From IMG/VR virus record IMGVR_UViG_3300032116_000047: 56,391 nucleotides of DNA, one strand, 5' to 3'. Position numbers and translations under genes: made by a program. Shown here in pieces: positions 31,001 through 40,569 of the stretch. A model generated the notes under the pieces. The model did no database searches and was not told where the DNA came from. It was given only the letters and a program-made list of their open reading frames with translations. The stretch's first letter is position 1; each line of letters starts with the position of its first letter. The DNA is from an uncultured virus (IMG/VR IMGVR_UViG_3300032116_000047). Its lineage: Duplodnaviria > Heunggongvirae > Uroviricota > Caudoviricetes.

Positions 31001-33780
31001 GTATAACTAGCGGTTTGTGCTCCATAATTAAAATCTAATTTTAATTGTGTAATCCCATATAAATAATCTAAATCATTTACAGCTTCATATCCAACCGACA
31101 TTGGATGTTTGTTAAATCTTTCTACAAATTGAGATTGATCTGTGAAGGAGTTCAAGTTTGTAATCGAAGCTGTCGCTGATGGAGTTGCTGTTGATAAGTT
31201 AGTAATAATATTTTGATTAAACTCTGTAAATACATATAAATATTTCCATGTTCCTATTGATGAAGTAAGAGTTTCAATTCTATTTACTACAAATGTTTTA
31301 TTAACATAATAACTATTAAAACTTATAACATCTCCAATCTTTACGGGATAATTAGTAGCTACTCTAACTACCATTAGATAGTCATATAGATATAAATCCT
31401 TTGCTACAGTTGGACCGACAGGATTTGGAAATCCCATACCGGTCGTTCCTGCTCTGAAAAATCTACTATCTGAGTCTTGGTCAATTCTCGGGGCTAAATT
31501 TTTTATATGTGAAAGTTCTTTTGTTATTGAAAAAATACTTTTGACCGAAGAAATAGTTGAATAAGTAAATACAGTTGAATATTCAACTTTCTGTGATTCA
31601 ACTTGACCTAAGTCATTGTAATAAACAAAAGTCTGTTCTCTATCTCTCCAATATTGAAACCAGTTAGTTTGACTTTGTGTCAAATAACTTGGAGCAGTTG
31701 CTCCATTTACTAATGGACTAAAGTAAAAATAAGAAAATGCTGGAAAATCAATTGTAAGAGAATTTGGCAATCGATATTCCCCAAAGTCCGTGAAGAAATT
31801 TAATTTTGATCCAGCATCATAGTCTAAATATAATAATTTAGCTTTTAATCTATTCTCAAAATTAGGATCAGGTTTTTGAAAATTAAACACACTACTATAA
31901 GTTGCGCTGTATAAAAGTGATTCATTTCCGCAAATAATAATCTCATCACCTTCATAATCAATTATTTCATTTGGAAAATATTGCGACTCGTAGTTAGCTA
32001 ATGGTCCTAAAATTGTGTTTGAATAAGAATTACCAACACCTATACTTGAGAAGTTATTTATGTCAAAAGAAAATATTCCAGAATCATTACTAGAAATATT
32101 AATTCCAGTAAAATAAAAAGTATTTGTTGAACTACGTCTAGTTATATTTATTATATCATCGTAGTCATTTCCAAAATCCAAATAAATAAAGTCAAATTTT
32201 TGATTAACTTTATTAATATCATAAACAATTATTTTATTATCGTCTGTTGAAAGAAATAATAACTCTTTATCAGAAGGTATTGATTGTGTAAAGAAATTAA
32301 AGTTAAGATTCCATGTGTTGATATTAGTATATAACATATCATTGATGTTATCAACTAGCAAATAATCGTCTTCATCATCTATAAATCTTGAAATTCTTCT
32401 TTTATATGCGGTCCATCCACTTAATCCCTCTGACATTTCAATAAACACACCAACATTTCCAGCTATATAAAATGTGTTTTGTTTAGCAAAAATAACTTTA
32501 TTAAAATAATAAGAGTCAAAATCAGGAACTCTTTGTCTTTTCCAAGTTTTACCGCCATCTATTGTAACATAAATAGTATTTAAATCACCAACTAAAGCTC
32601 CTCTTAGGTCATTAAAAAAAGAAATTGACTTTAAATTAATTGAAAATTTATTATCAATATCCGGAAGTTGTATTCTTTCTATTAAAAAGTCATGTTTTCT
32701 TATTTTTAGAAGTGTAGCTGAGTCTCCACAAATCCAATAATACTCTTTTGTTTGAGTAATTGATCTTAAATTTACTTTATATTTGTTTTTTATAATATTT
32801 GAAATATCATTTTGTGTATTTAAAATAACCCCAAACTCACCAACAGAAATTAATCTTTCCGGAATAGAATAAGTTATTCCATCTAATTGATAAGATTGTG
32901 TTGCGTGTTTTATTACATCAAAATAATTTATCTCAAATAAATTGTTATAATCAACTCTATTTCTTAAAATCCAGTTCTTTTTTTCTTTAAATTCAAAAGG
33001 TTCCTGCTTAGATCCGACTGGAAAATAACCATCAAGTAATCTACTTAAGTGAAATTGTCTTTGTGTATTTGTAACTCCTTCTTTTACACAAACGCTAAAT
33101 CTTTTACAAGTATCATAATCGTCTAACTCATTTGCTTTAACTAATCTTCCTTCTGTAAATGTGTATATACCATTATTGCTATTATAATATTCATATTCGA
33201 TAGTAGCTCCTAAATTTTGAACTATATAATAATTACCTTGAATAAAATCTTCTGGATTATCAGTTGAAAGTAAATTTACTGTTGTTTTTTGGTCTTTAAC
33301 TAAAACTCTATGACCTTCTTTAAGTCTTATTCCATCAATTCTGAAATTATCTATTACTTGTCCAATATTATTTAACTGACCGGTTGTAGCAACATCAACA
33401 TAAATATAATTATTAAGTGAGTCTTTTATAAGTCTTGTTGGTGTGAAAAGATTTTTTAAGGTAAGTCCGTATTCTTTTATATTTTTTTGATAGTAATCAA
33501 AAGAAGAAGTACCATCTATTGCCTTAGGAGATCTACTCGGAATTAAAGTATTTGTATATTGAGAACCAGGAACACTTATGTACCAATTTCTTTCTTTATA
33601 ATAATTTAAAATATCAAATATATCTGTTAAATCATTAACAGGAATATAAGTAGATCCACTTAGTGCTTTAGAGTAGAATCTATAAGAAGATTGTTCTTGT
33701 TTTAGAAATTCAAACTCATTTAATGGCAGTTTATCATCGTTACTTTCCCATTTATTTAAATCACTGTTAAATATCCACAT
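28042..33780 (-). CDS. very large multidomain virion protein with beta-propeller-like region and C-terminal GxWxx pentapeptide repeats
   Basis: IDGIRLKEGHRVLVKDQ...NGIY virion motif, BNR-like TIDGGKTW, and long W-x-x-G-x repeats. Confidence 0.75.
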   Translation of the reverse strand: MWIFNSDLNKWESNDDKLPLNEFEFLKQEQSSYRFYSKALSGSTYIPVNDLTDIFDILNYYKERNWYISVPGSQYTNTLIPSRSPKAIDGTSSFDYYQKNIKEYGLTLKNLFTPTRLIKDSLNNYIYVDVATTGQLNNIGQVIDNFRIDGIRLKEGHRVLVKDQKTTVNLLSTDNPEDFIQGNYYIVQNLGATIEYEYYNSNNGIYTFTEGRLVKANELDDYDTCKRFSVCVKEGVTNTQRQFHLSRLLDGYFPVGSKQEPFEFKEKKNWILRNRVDYNNLFEINYFDVIKHATQSYQLDGITYSIPERLISVGEFGVILNTQNDISNIIKNKYKVNLRSITQTKEYYWICGDSATLLKIRKHDFLIERIQLPDIDNKFSINLKSISFFNDLRGALVGDLNTIYVTIDGGKTWKRQRVPDFDSYYFNKVIFAKQNTFYIAGNVGVFIEMSEGLSGWTAYKRRISRFIDDEDDYLLVDNINDMLYTNINTWNLNFNFFTQSIPSDKELLFLSTDDNKIIVYDINKVNQKFDFIYLDFGNDYDDIINITRRSSTNTFYFTGINISSNDSGIFSFDINNFSSIGVGNSYSNTILGPLANYESQYFPNEIIDYEGDEIIICGNESLLYSATYSSVFNFQKPDPNFENRLKAKLLYLDYDAGSKLNFFTDFGEYRLPNSLTIDFPAFSYFYFSPLVNGATAPSYLTQSQTNWFQYWRDREQTFVYYNDLGQVESQKVEYSTVFTYSTISSVKSIFSITKELSHIKNLAPRIDQDSDSRFFRAGTTGMGFPNPVGPTVAKDLYLYDYLMVVRVATNYPVKIGDVISFNSYYVNKTFVVNRIETLTSSIGTWKYLYVFTEFNQNIITNLSTATPSATASITNLNSFTDQSQFVERFNKHPMSVGYEAVNDLDYLYGITQLKLDFNYGAQTASYTNWNFTGNFATVSSFGVSSQTYSISTSGVGNYLIETPYIQNAQNISFLYKSNGLFNSSGTFSYIKTQGLSGSTWYDLDTRVMSNGFLGNIPQLVNINLSYNYSKYRFNIRSSAATQPPFTPSYKTVVLDDIKLTSVANTPFVVEPSSYGTNSQLVTLNKLTLNPKFNNFTSYYNLSQKVETTYESYTMSYTSGFLNFGYSPTYNILDYLESINDIGDPSPIFYADKEYYAMPDYRAIPLQGTGGFTSSNAYIDENGLTFSSVNPAAYLSTTNKIIFGQDLKIEWESLHLNTFVDINLYTSVTYSVPSSTTEKLLITKKYVIENFQDLGIDAYIVEFHKKLNWTAVPTPNLYFIDIISRRKLKQISEDLNELNNIQRSLHNKREVKIPNDDVVINGYNYFTYESELNKKFPTDSYAKILLSDVETVENLTGLIYVDYKNELSFNVTRLDQEIIVPISNTGNFGGKLFIFCSEKHGLKNGDGVVLEFNGGVGSSQELNSEYFGYKIVNVVNEYNFYLNQPYGNIPQVGNDTGFVKYIKTDPFFNYQPVDLIDMGADKRGKQSIEIDIDNLKLSGRKFSLQNVDFSKFRFRLIDGLDFETLSRRYSWLLEAEISDATIGQSGNEIVWYKGIWESGRWFGGRWVSGTWITGDWYDGVWDSKYIENKILTVEINEKSESVSNSKWFGGRWFAGTWNNGNWINGRWYGGTWNNGLWYKGIWNDGTWNDGEFQGGIWVQGTWNAGYFNTDSEPAYWLDGEWYSGDFENGMWYNGTFDQKEGLESRFGINSFNSRTSTWHSGKWINGSFHSRLNLNDVGQYDVSDIHKYSMWYTGQWFSGDFYGGIAYNMKFVSGTWHGGILEDIQVIGFTGSTVSSDNYFTLNGIFKFNIGDEITIIDNQVGNLYSQNFGSNDDPKDYKVLYTVEDTVNKRTKVYVNKQIPINLLPPVDTRLRVVSRFKNCNWKSGIWTNGIYEKGFWEGGIWYNGIFEDIWM
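28440..29135 (-). repeat. W-x-x-G-x pentapeptide coding repeat
   Basis: WYKGIWESGRWFGGRWVSGTWITGDWYDGVW... with 15-nt period; also present at the extreme C-terminus. Confidence 0.85.
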
Positions 33781-33781
33781 C

Positions 33782-34012
33782 TTATTTGCTAACTTTTAAA
33801 TTCCAGATAGCAGTTTTGCTATCAATCATAATTTTACTTTTCAAAACTTTTACTTTTGATTTCTTCAATATTAATTTTATTTCATCTACAAAATATTCAT
33901 ATTGATAGATATCATCAACATAATCAGCAAGATTAATTTTATAATCTATTTTTTCTGAAAAAATTAGATCATATATAAGTTCTTCTTTATTTTGCACTAT
34001 TAGGTCGTACAT
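33782..34012 (-). CDS. hypothetical protein
   Basis: 76-aa ORF directly upstream of the 1912-aa gene; TAATATATA at 34022-34030. Confidence 0.65.
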   Translation of the reverse strand: MYDLIVQNKEELIYDLIFSEKIDYKINLADYVDDIYQYEYFVDEIKLILKKSKVKVLKSKIMIDSKTAIWNLKVSK

Positions 34013-34090
34013 TTTTCATAGTATATATTAAAACTTCCTACTTCTTATGAAAATATAAGGGGGTAGATGGAGGCTATGGATATATACTTT

Positions 34091-34171
34091 ATGAAACTGT
34101 TACAAATTTTATTAATACCTTTTGATAATTACATATGTTGGAAAATCAAAAGAAGATTAAATAATAGATAA
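34091..34171 (+). CDS. possible 26-aa microprotein upstream of phoH
   Basis: MKLLQILLIPFDNYICWKIKRRLNNR; TATATA 4 nt before the ATG, as for other genes. Confidence 0.4.
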   Translation: MKLLQILLIPFDNYICWKIKRRLNNR

Positions 34172-34185
34172 AAAAAATAATTTTT

Positions 34186-34941
34186 ATGAGCAAGTCAAAA
34201 CAAGAATTAAATCGTGAAATTCAAGACGGAGTAGGCGATTGGGAATATAAAAAAAATATTCGAAAAAAAAATTCATTGACAAAAGAAGAGTTTCAGAAAA
34301 ATACAGTCAGACTTACTGATAAACAAAACGAACTCTACAAAGGAATTAGAAATAATATTCTAACAGTTGTTCATGGTCCAGCAGGAACAGCAAAAACATT
34401 TGTTACTTGTTACACAGCACTTGCTCTTTTAGCTGATAAAAAAATTGAAAAAATTATTATCACAAAACCGATTCAAGAAAGTGGTGAGAATTTAGGATTT
34501 CTACCTGGATCATTAGAAGATAAACTACACCCTTATAAACAATCTTACTATACTACTTTTTGTAAAATTATTGGTAAAGTAAATACTGATTTTCTTTTTT
34601 CAACTGAGGAAATTGTTTTTGAACCACTAGCATATATGAGAGGTTCTACTTATGATAATTGCATAATGCTACTTGATGAGTGCCAGAATGCTTCTATTAA
34701 ACAACTTATGCTTTGGATTACAAGATTAGGAACAGACTCGAGAGCAGTTATGATGGGTGACACATCTCAGTATGATGTTAGAAAAAAAGATTCAGGTTAC
34801 AATGATTTCATCAAAATGGTTGATGGAATGAAAGACCTAAATCTTTTCGAATTTACAAATGAAGATATCGTTAGAAATAAATTTCTTATTGAAATTGCTA
34901 ATAGATATGATAAGTATCGTTCTGAACAAAAAGATTTTTAG
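34186..34941 (+). CDS. phoH: PhoH-like ATPase
   Basis: GPAGTAKT, LGFLPGSLEDK, PLAYMRGST, LLDECQN, GDTSQYD, DIVRN. Confidence 0.95.
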   Translation: MSKSKQELNREIQDGVGDWEYKKNIRKKNSLTKEEFQKNTVRLTDKQNELYKGIRNNILTVVHGPAGTAKTFVTCYTALALLADKKIEKIIITKPIQESGENLGFLPGSLEDKLHPYKQSYYTTFCKIIGKVNTDFLFSTEEIVFEPLAYMRGSTYDNCIMLLDECQNASIKQLMLWITRLGTDSRAVMMGDTSQYDVRKKDSGYNDFIKMVDGMKDLNLFEFTNEDIVRNKFLIEIANRYDKYRSEQKDF

Positions 34942-35894
34942 AATTCATCATCATCCCATTCTTCTTCGTTTGTTTCTTGTTCTCTTTCAACAAGTCCACT
35001 ACTTTGTACAAGTGTGTAGTCAAAGTTATAACTTTGTGAATTAGAAAATCTACCTTTACAAAGATTATAATACTTAAAAGTATCTAAATAAGGATACCAA
35101 CTTAAATTATGTTTTTCCAAAACAACATAAAGATGCTTTCTTTCAGGATTCCCATCAATATCAATATAAAGTTCTGATTTAGCATTTTGTTCCCATTTAG
35201 TTAAATATCCATTTTCTTTAGCCCATTTTTTAAAGACATCGACATCGTGGTCATAAACTGTATAAATTCTATCCATAAATTTGTAAGTTTTATCTGAATC
35301 AAATTCTTTTACATCTTCCCAAATAAGTGCTCTTGCTCTTACCTTATTATCATCAGAAAAAAGAACAAGCATTTTAACATTATTTAAGACATAAAGATTC
35401 ATAAATTTATTTCTTTCAACTTGTCTCATGCAAGAATTCCATAAAGATCCGTATCGATATCCATCCGGTCTAAAATAGTTATCTTCTAAATAATATTTTC
35501 TAACATCTTCACCTTCAACTATCTGTAGTTTTGAAGGATCGTAATTAAAATATGATTTATAAGAATTAACAAACTTTTCAACATCAGAGTCTTTTATTCC
35601 AAACTCTTGAAAAGCATTTTCTGACAAAAATTTTCTAATAAAACGACCAACTTTGATAGGTTGTCTTCCAACACCTTCACCAAATGGATCTTTTGATTGA
35701 TCTTCTTTTATTACAGAATACTTCTTAGTAGGTAAATATGAAAGTGTGTCAATAGTGCCTTCAACTCTTTTTATGAAATTTCCCTCTTCTTTGATAAGTC
35801 CACTCATACCATGAATCAAAATTTGAGAGATGCGATCTTGTCTTCTATCTAAGAAGTTTAACATTTCGTGGTCAAAAATAAGTCGATTATACAT
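34938..35894 (-). CDS. conserved phage hypothetical protein (SCM / RALIW / DRIY motifs)
   Basis: GSLWNSCMR, VRARALIW, FMDRIYT, YPYLDTF motifs look like a recurrent phage family; function unknown. Confidence 0.75.
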   Translation of the reverse strand: MYNRLIFDHEMLNFLDRRQDRISQILIHGMSGLIKEEGNFIKRVEGTIDTLSYLPTKKYSVIKEDQSKDPFGEGVGRQPIKVGRFIRKFLSENAFQEFGIKDSDVEKFVNSYKSYFNYDPSKLQIVEGEDVRKYYLEDNYFRPDGYRYGSLWNSCMRQVERNKFMNLYVLNNVKMLVLFSDDNKVRARALIWEDVKEFDSDKTYKFMDRIYTVYDHDVDVFKKWAKENGYLTKWEQNAKSELYIDIDGNPERKHLYVVLEKHNLSWYPYLDTFKYYNLCKGRFSNSQSYNFDYTLVQSSGLVEREQETNEEEWDDDEF

Positions 35895-35911
35895 TTTAAT
35901 ATATAGTTTAT

Positions 35912-36124
35912 ATGCAGTTTATTGTTGAATTCAAATCGTTTTATAAAATTGGTGATGTTGTTCTAATTGAATACTGGTACAATGATATGATTACGCCAGT
36001 AAAAATTATAGACCAATCTTCACCTAGAAGTTTTAAAGTTAGTCATAATGTTCCAAATTCCAAAATTTGTAATGCACCTGATGAAATAGTTAAAACATCA
36101 GACATTATAGATATTTCTAGATAA
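35912..36124 (+). CDS. small SH3/Tudor-like beta-barrel protein
   Basis: YKIGDVVLI...PVKII...FKVSH; perfect TAATATATA at 35897-35905. Confidence 0.65.
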   Translation: MQFIVEFKSFYKIGDVVLIEYWYNDMITPVKIIDQSSPRSFKVSHNVPNSKICNAPDEIVKTSDIIDISR

Positions 36125-37403
36125 TATCAGTATTATTATTCTCATACATTTTTTCTAAGAGATAGTCATAGAAAAACTTATCATAAGAACTACTCATATC
36201 TAAATATTGTTCTTTGATAACTTCTAATTCCCAATATTCAAGACCACTATCTGTAAATTTAGACATAATCCAATCATATTTTGAATCAGAATTCATAACT
36301 TTATCAATAGATTGGTCAGATTTTGATATAAAATCAGAGATAGGATCTACTTCGTAAAAATCATCATATTGATCATAAGCATATGACATATCAACTAACC
36401 CACTTCCGCCATCATAGTATTTTTTACTACGGTTTCTTTTACGTTTTTTCTTACCTCGATTAGAGTGTATATCAGAAGCAAAACTGTCTCCGTAACCATC
36501 TGACATAGAATCACCATATCCTTTACTCTCGTAATTACCATAATCATAATAATCATCATTATATCCATAATCCTTACGAGACCAATTTCTTGAAGTAGGA
36601 TAAGAGTAATCTTTCCATTCGTTAGTTTTAGGATCTCTTTTAGTAGGAAGTTTTTCCCAATCAACTTTGACACATGCTTCAGCTAAATTAGTCAAGTGAA
36701 TAATATCTTGAGACTCAGAAGTTGTATGTTCTTTATAATAACCAACAGATACGTTTGTACACTCAGGAATTAAGTGTGTAAACTCAGCAGAGTCGGTGTA
36801 AACTCCACCAGTATCTTTTTTATAAGACATTTTACGAGTTTGATTTAATTCTCTACAAAGAGCATCTGCGAAATCATCTGAACAACAACGAGAAGAAGAT
36901 TGAAAAGTAATAACCGATCCAACATCACGTCTATCAAATGAAATAATCCTATCGTAATTACCTTTATAGAATCCACTCTTTGGAACTGGATTGATATGAG
37001 AAAAATCCATACTTTTAGCTGCTTTTCCAGAACCAATACATCCTACTTCTTCACCAATGAAAAAGTAATAAAGACCAGGAACATTGTTTTGTATCATCCA
37101 AAGAAGAACTGTAATACCCGCTTTATCATCAGCTCCTAAAGTTGTGCGTCCATCTGTTTTAATTAAATCACCATCAAATACGTGAGTAACAGTAACATAC
37201 TCTTTTGATACAGTATCTAAGTGAGCTGCGAAAATTGAACGACTTTCACCTACTTTGTAAAAATAGTTTCCCCACTCATCTTTTTGCATACCTTTTGGGA
37301 ACAACTCTCTCATCGATTCAACAAGAATATCTTCTGAACCATAAGGAACTGTTTTAGAGGTTAGTCTTAAAAATGTCTCAAACACAAAATCTTCTACTTT
37401 CAT
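36117..37403 (-). CDS. M20/M28-like zinc peptidase with low-complexity Y/D-rich C-terminus
   Basis: AHLDTV, LGADDKAG, GEEVGCIGS, FDRR, YTDS, NVSVGYYKEHT metal-ligand motifs. Confidence 0.85.
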   Translation of the reverse strand: MKVEDFVFETFLRLTSKTVPYGSEDILVESMRELFPKGMQKDEWGNYFYKVGESRSIFAAHLDTVSKEYVTVTHVFDGDLIKTDGRTTLGADDKAGITVLLWMIQNNVPGLYYFFIGEEVGCIGSGKAAKSMDFSHINPVPKSGFYKGNYDRIISFDRRDVGSVITFQSSSRCCSDDFADALCRELNQTRKMSYKKDTGGVYTDSAEFTHLIPECTNVSVGYYKEHTTSESQDIIHLTNLAEACVKVDWEKLPTKRDPKTNEWKDYSYPTSRNWSRKDYGYNDDYYDYGNYESKGYGDSMSDGYGDSFASDIHSNRGKKKRKRNRSKKYYDGGSGLVDMSYAYDQYDDFYEVDPISDFISKSDQSIDKVMNSDSKYDWIMSKFTDSGLEYWELEVIKEQYLDMSSSYDKFFYDYLLEKMYENNNTDII

Positions 37404-37407
37404 ACTA

Positions 37408-37439
37408 CAAAGATACGGAACTTATTAACAAAATACAAA
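37408..37439 (-). promoter_or_regulatory. Bacteroidota-type housekeeping sigma promoter (-33 TTTG / -7 TATCTTTG)
   Basis: Minus strand TTTG-20 nt-TATCTTTG, 4 nt before the peptidase ATG. Confidence 0.75.
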
Positions 37440-37508
37440 TATTCTATAATAAATATGGCATTGCATAACAAAAAAATCAAAACAAATATAATATTTTTTG
37501 ATATATAG

Positions 37509-37585
37509 CATTAAGCTGTTCGCTAACTTATGTCGGGTATTATTAGAATACCTTTGAGATTTAGAAATGAATCAAAGATATAGGT
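37509..37585 (+). ncRNA. candidate structured 5' UTR (three-way junction) with end-pairing segment
   Basis: P1 37526-37534/37577-37585, P2 37536-37541/37547-37552, P3 37553-37557/37572-37576; 37514-37522 is complementary to 38532-38540. Confidence 0.5.
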
Positions 37586-37606
37586 CTAAAAATAAAATGA
37601 ATAACT

Positions 37607-38521
37607 ATGGCAAAACAAATTGCAACGAGCAATGCCAAGCCAGGAGCTTGGATTGTATCTCCTAAAGATAGGGGAAGAAAACAAATCAAAAGTGGAAAAG
37701 TCTTCTTAAAAGACGAGGACGAATTCGAAATCGAATTATTTAACCCACTAACCGTTTCAGTTCTCGCTGATATTAAATTAAACGGTCAATCAATCTCAAA
37801 AACAGGATTAGTCATAAAACCAGGACAAAGGGTTTATCTAGACTGCTTTATTGATGATAGAAAAAAATTCAAATTTTCAACTTACGAAATTGAAAACTCT
37901 GGAGAAGCATTAGATGCAACTCAAAACAATGGTGTATTGGAAGTTTTCTTTTATAAAGAAGATGTTATTACTTTAGATAACTGGCAAAGAAAGTTTGATA
38001 GAGTGATAGTTGAAAAATACTATCCTTATAATCCTTATCCATGGTATAATCCATATAAAGTCTATTGTGGATCAGGAACAATTACATATGGTGGAACAAC
38101 AGTAACTACAAACAGCAATAATGGATTAATTGGTGGAACAACTAATGTTTATAACTCATCAAGTAATATAAATTGTAGTTATACTTCTCAAGTTGATTTA
38201 CCTAACTTGAATGTTGCTGGATCTATTTCAACAAATTCTATTGAAACAGGCAGAGTTGAAAAAGGTGAAAAGTCAAAACAAAAATTTACTGAAGTTGATA
38301 TGGAATTTGAGAAACATTATATTGCTTCTACTATAATTCAGATACTTCCAGAAAGTAGAAAACCAGCAGAAGTAAAGCAAATGAAAACTAAACAAAGTCA
38401 ATTAATTTCTTCGGATGAAGTGATTGAACTTATCAAAAAATTAAGTGATTTACATTCAACAGGTATCTTAACAGATGAAGAATTCTCTTCTAAAAAGGCA
38501 GAATTATTATCTAAAATCTAA
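37607..38521 (+). CDS. beta-rich hypothetical protein with C-terminal SHOCT domain
   Basis: C-terminal IKKLSDLHSTGILTDEEFSSKKAELL is a SHOCT pattern; N-terminal FEIELFNP...IKLNG...GVLEVFFYKE domain. Confidence 0.8.
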   Translation: MAKQIATSNAKPGAWIVSPKDRGRKQIKSGKVFLKDEDEFEIELFNPLTVSVLADIKLNGQSISKTGLVIKPGQRVYLDCFIDDRKKFKFSTYEIENSGEALDATQNNGVLEVFFYKEDVITLDNWQRKFDRVIVEKYYPYNPYPWYNPYKVYCGSGTITYGGTTVTTNSNNGLIGGTTNVYNSSSNINCSYTSQVDLPNLNVAGSISTNSIETGRVEKGEKSKQKFTEVDMEFEKHYIASTIIQILPESRKPAEVKQMKTKQSQLISSDEVIELIKKLSDLHSTGILTDEEFSSKKAELLSKI

Positions 38522-38546
38522 AATTAATAAACGAACAGCTAAGAAT

Positions 38547-38571
38547 GAGAGGCAATTTGTCTCTCTTTTTT
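38547..38571 (+). terminator. intrinsic terminator
   Basis: GAGAGGCA-att-TGTCTCTC hairpin followed by a T-run. Confidence 0.75.
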
Positions 38572-39616
38572 ATTTTAAGAAATCATTAAGATATCCACTT
38601 ACCTCGTCAGTTCCATCAGGACCACCACTTACAACAGGCGCACAAATATTATCATGGCCAATGGTAGTATCTTTCAATTTTTTAAAGGATATTTTTTGTG
38701 ATACTCTTGTTTGAGATTCATCAATCTCATTTGATGCCTTGCCTATAACCAATACTTCTGATTGTAAAGGACCAGTGAAGTTGTCGCCTGTCTTACTAGA
38801 CTTATTTCTATCTATAAACTCTGAAATCATTCTAGTATCTTCTGTAATAAATGATTTACCTTCTGAGTTTTTATAATCCGGATTGACACCACCAGGTGTA
38901 TTCACATACCTCTTTTTCCAATCTTCTTCTTTAGGAAATTTATTCTCGACAATATAATCACAGTTTAAATTAGAAATATCATCTGGTGTATATTCATCTT
39001 CACCAAAATAAGTCTGGCATTTATTACTCTTCAAAAACTCATCCAACTTTGATTGTTCTCTAAATATAAAAAAATCTTTATCTCTTATTATATCTTTTCC
39101 TGTTCTAGATTTCTCAATTGCTTCTTTAGTATAAGCAACAGCTATCCTTGGCGGATTGTCTCTTAATAAATATTTCATTTCTTCTTCTTTCGAAGCAGGA
39201 ACACCACCATCTATACCAAATACCTTATATAAAAAATTTGATGATTTTTTACTTTCTAAAACTTTAGCTATTTTATAAGCCATTCTATATCCGAAAGAAT
39301 ATCCACCAAAAGTCCATAATCCACCAATTTTTTCAATATCATTTACACATTCTTCGGCAAATTTTTCAACATTAAAATTAGAAGGCCAGTTACAAGAATA
39401 AACATTGTAGTCTTTTGATAGTTTTGGAGCCAATACTTTATAATCCGAAGCAAATCCAGCATCTCCTTCACCTGTTCCAGGAATAATTAAAATATTTTTG
39501 TCTTTTCCTCTATCTTCCATTAAAATAAGTTTAGAGGTATTTTGTTTAGATGGAATATCAACTCCTGGAAGTGATTCACCTTCCATAAAATCTTCGTATA
39601 ACTTTAAGTATTTCAT
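38570..39616 (-). CDS. alpha/beta hydrolase, thioesterase-like, with CTS-like N-terminus
   Basis: IIPGTG, nucleophile elbow GYSFG, IDG, C-terminal GHDNI; N-terminus MKYLKLYEDF. Confidence 0.75.
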   Translation of the reverse strand: MKYLKLYEDFMEGESLPGVDIPSKQNTSKLILMEDRGKDKNILIIPGTGEGDAGFASDYKVLAPKLSKDYNVYSCNWPSNFNVEKFAEECVNDIEKIGGLWTFGGYSFGYRMAYKIAKVLESKKSSNFLYKVFGIDGGVPASKEEEMKYLLRDNPPRIAVAYTKEAIEKSRTGKDIIRDKDFFIFREQSKLDEFLKSNKCQTYFGEDEYTPDDISNLNCDYIVENKFPKEEDWKKRYVNTPGGVNPDYKNSEGKSFITEDTRMISEFIDRNKSSKTGDNFTGPLQSEVLVIGKASNEIDESQTRVSQKISFKKLKDTTIGHDNICAPVVSGGPDGTDEVSGYLNDFLK

Positions 39617-39621
39617 AATAT

Positions 39622-40551
39622 TTAATTTTTACTAACCTCTTTAATGACCAACACACTTAGTGATATACTTTTACCTCTTGTTTGATTAAGCCAATTTGCT
39701 AAGAATACTCTATGACCACCATCTAAAATTAAGTTTTTACCTTCTTTGTTTCTATAAACTACAATCATCTTTGATGTTGGTTGAGTAAGAAACTTTTCAG
39801 TGCTTTCTGCCCACAATTCATCTCTTTCTTCTGGAGTTTTAGATTCCATATCTTTTGCGAATTGTTTAGGTGTTTCTTCGGTAAGATATCCAACATTCCA
39901 ATAACATCCAGATACAGGTTCTTCCTTATCCTTTGTGATTCTCTCATCTTTTCTTCCATTTTTACCACCACTTGGACTACTAAGCTGTGTAGTATCCACT
40001 ATTTGATTATTATTTTCCCAGAATTCATGATTTTTTTCATTCCACCAATATCCACCCTTCATAACAAATGAGTATAATTTGTATCTAGCTTTTGGATTTC
40101 CAGTAAATGGATCTCCTCCATCAGATAGAACGATAGATTTACAATCTAAATTTTCTACTTTATATTCAAATTTATATCCTAAAACAAGCTCTGAATAAAC
40201 CAATGGTAGGTGTATGTATTCTTGGTGTTCTTCATCTTCTGGTCTATTCCAATATTTCACAACACCTGAATCAACTCCTTTTAATTTCCAGAAATTATCA
40301 AATTTAGATATATTCTCAAGATAAAAAGATCTAAAATCTTTTGATGCGGTCTTTGGTTTATTATTACTATCTGACGATGTTTCATAAAAGACTTCTTTAG
40401 CAATATCTCCTAACATGGATATTTTATTACCATCCACTTTCATTTCCTCTATCAATTTAATATCATCATCAGTAAATCCAAGTGATTTTAAATCAATTGA
40501 TTCACTTTCTAATAGAAGTCTAAATTGTTCATATAGTTTTATGTATTTCAT
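39622..40551 (-). CDS. protein with ParB/Srx-like C-terminal domain and CTS-like N-terminus
   Basis: IVV...LILDGGHRV motif; N-terminus MKYIKLYEQF. Confidence 0.65.
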   Translation of the reverse strand: MKYIKLYEQFRLLLESESIDLKSLGFTDDDIKLIEEMKVDGNKISMLGDIAKEVFYETSSDSNNKPKTASKDFRSFYLENISKFDNFWKLKGVDSGVVKYWNRPEDEEHQEYIHLPLVYSELVLGYKFEYKVENLDCKSIVLSDGGDPFTGNPKARYKLYSFVMKGGYWWNEKNHEFWENNNQIVDTTQLSSPSGGKNGRKDERITKDKEEPVSGCYWNVGYLTEETPKQFAKDMESKTPEERDELWAESTEKFLTQPTSKMIVVYRNKEGKNLILDGGHRVFLANWLNQTRGKSISLSVLVIKEVSKN

Positions 40552-40569
40552 AAATTTTAATGAATTTTT

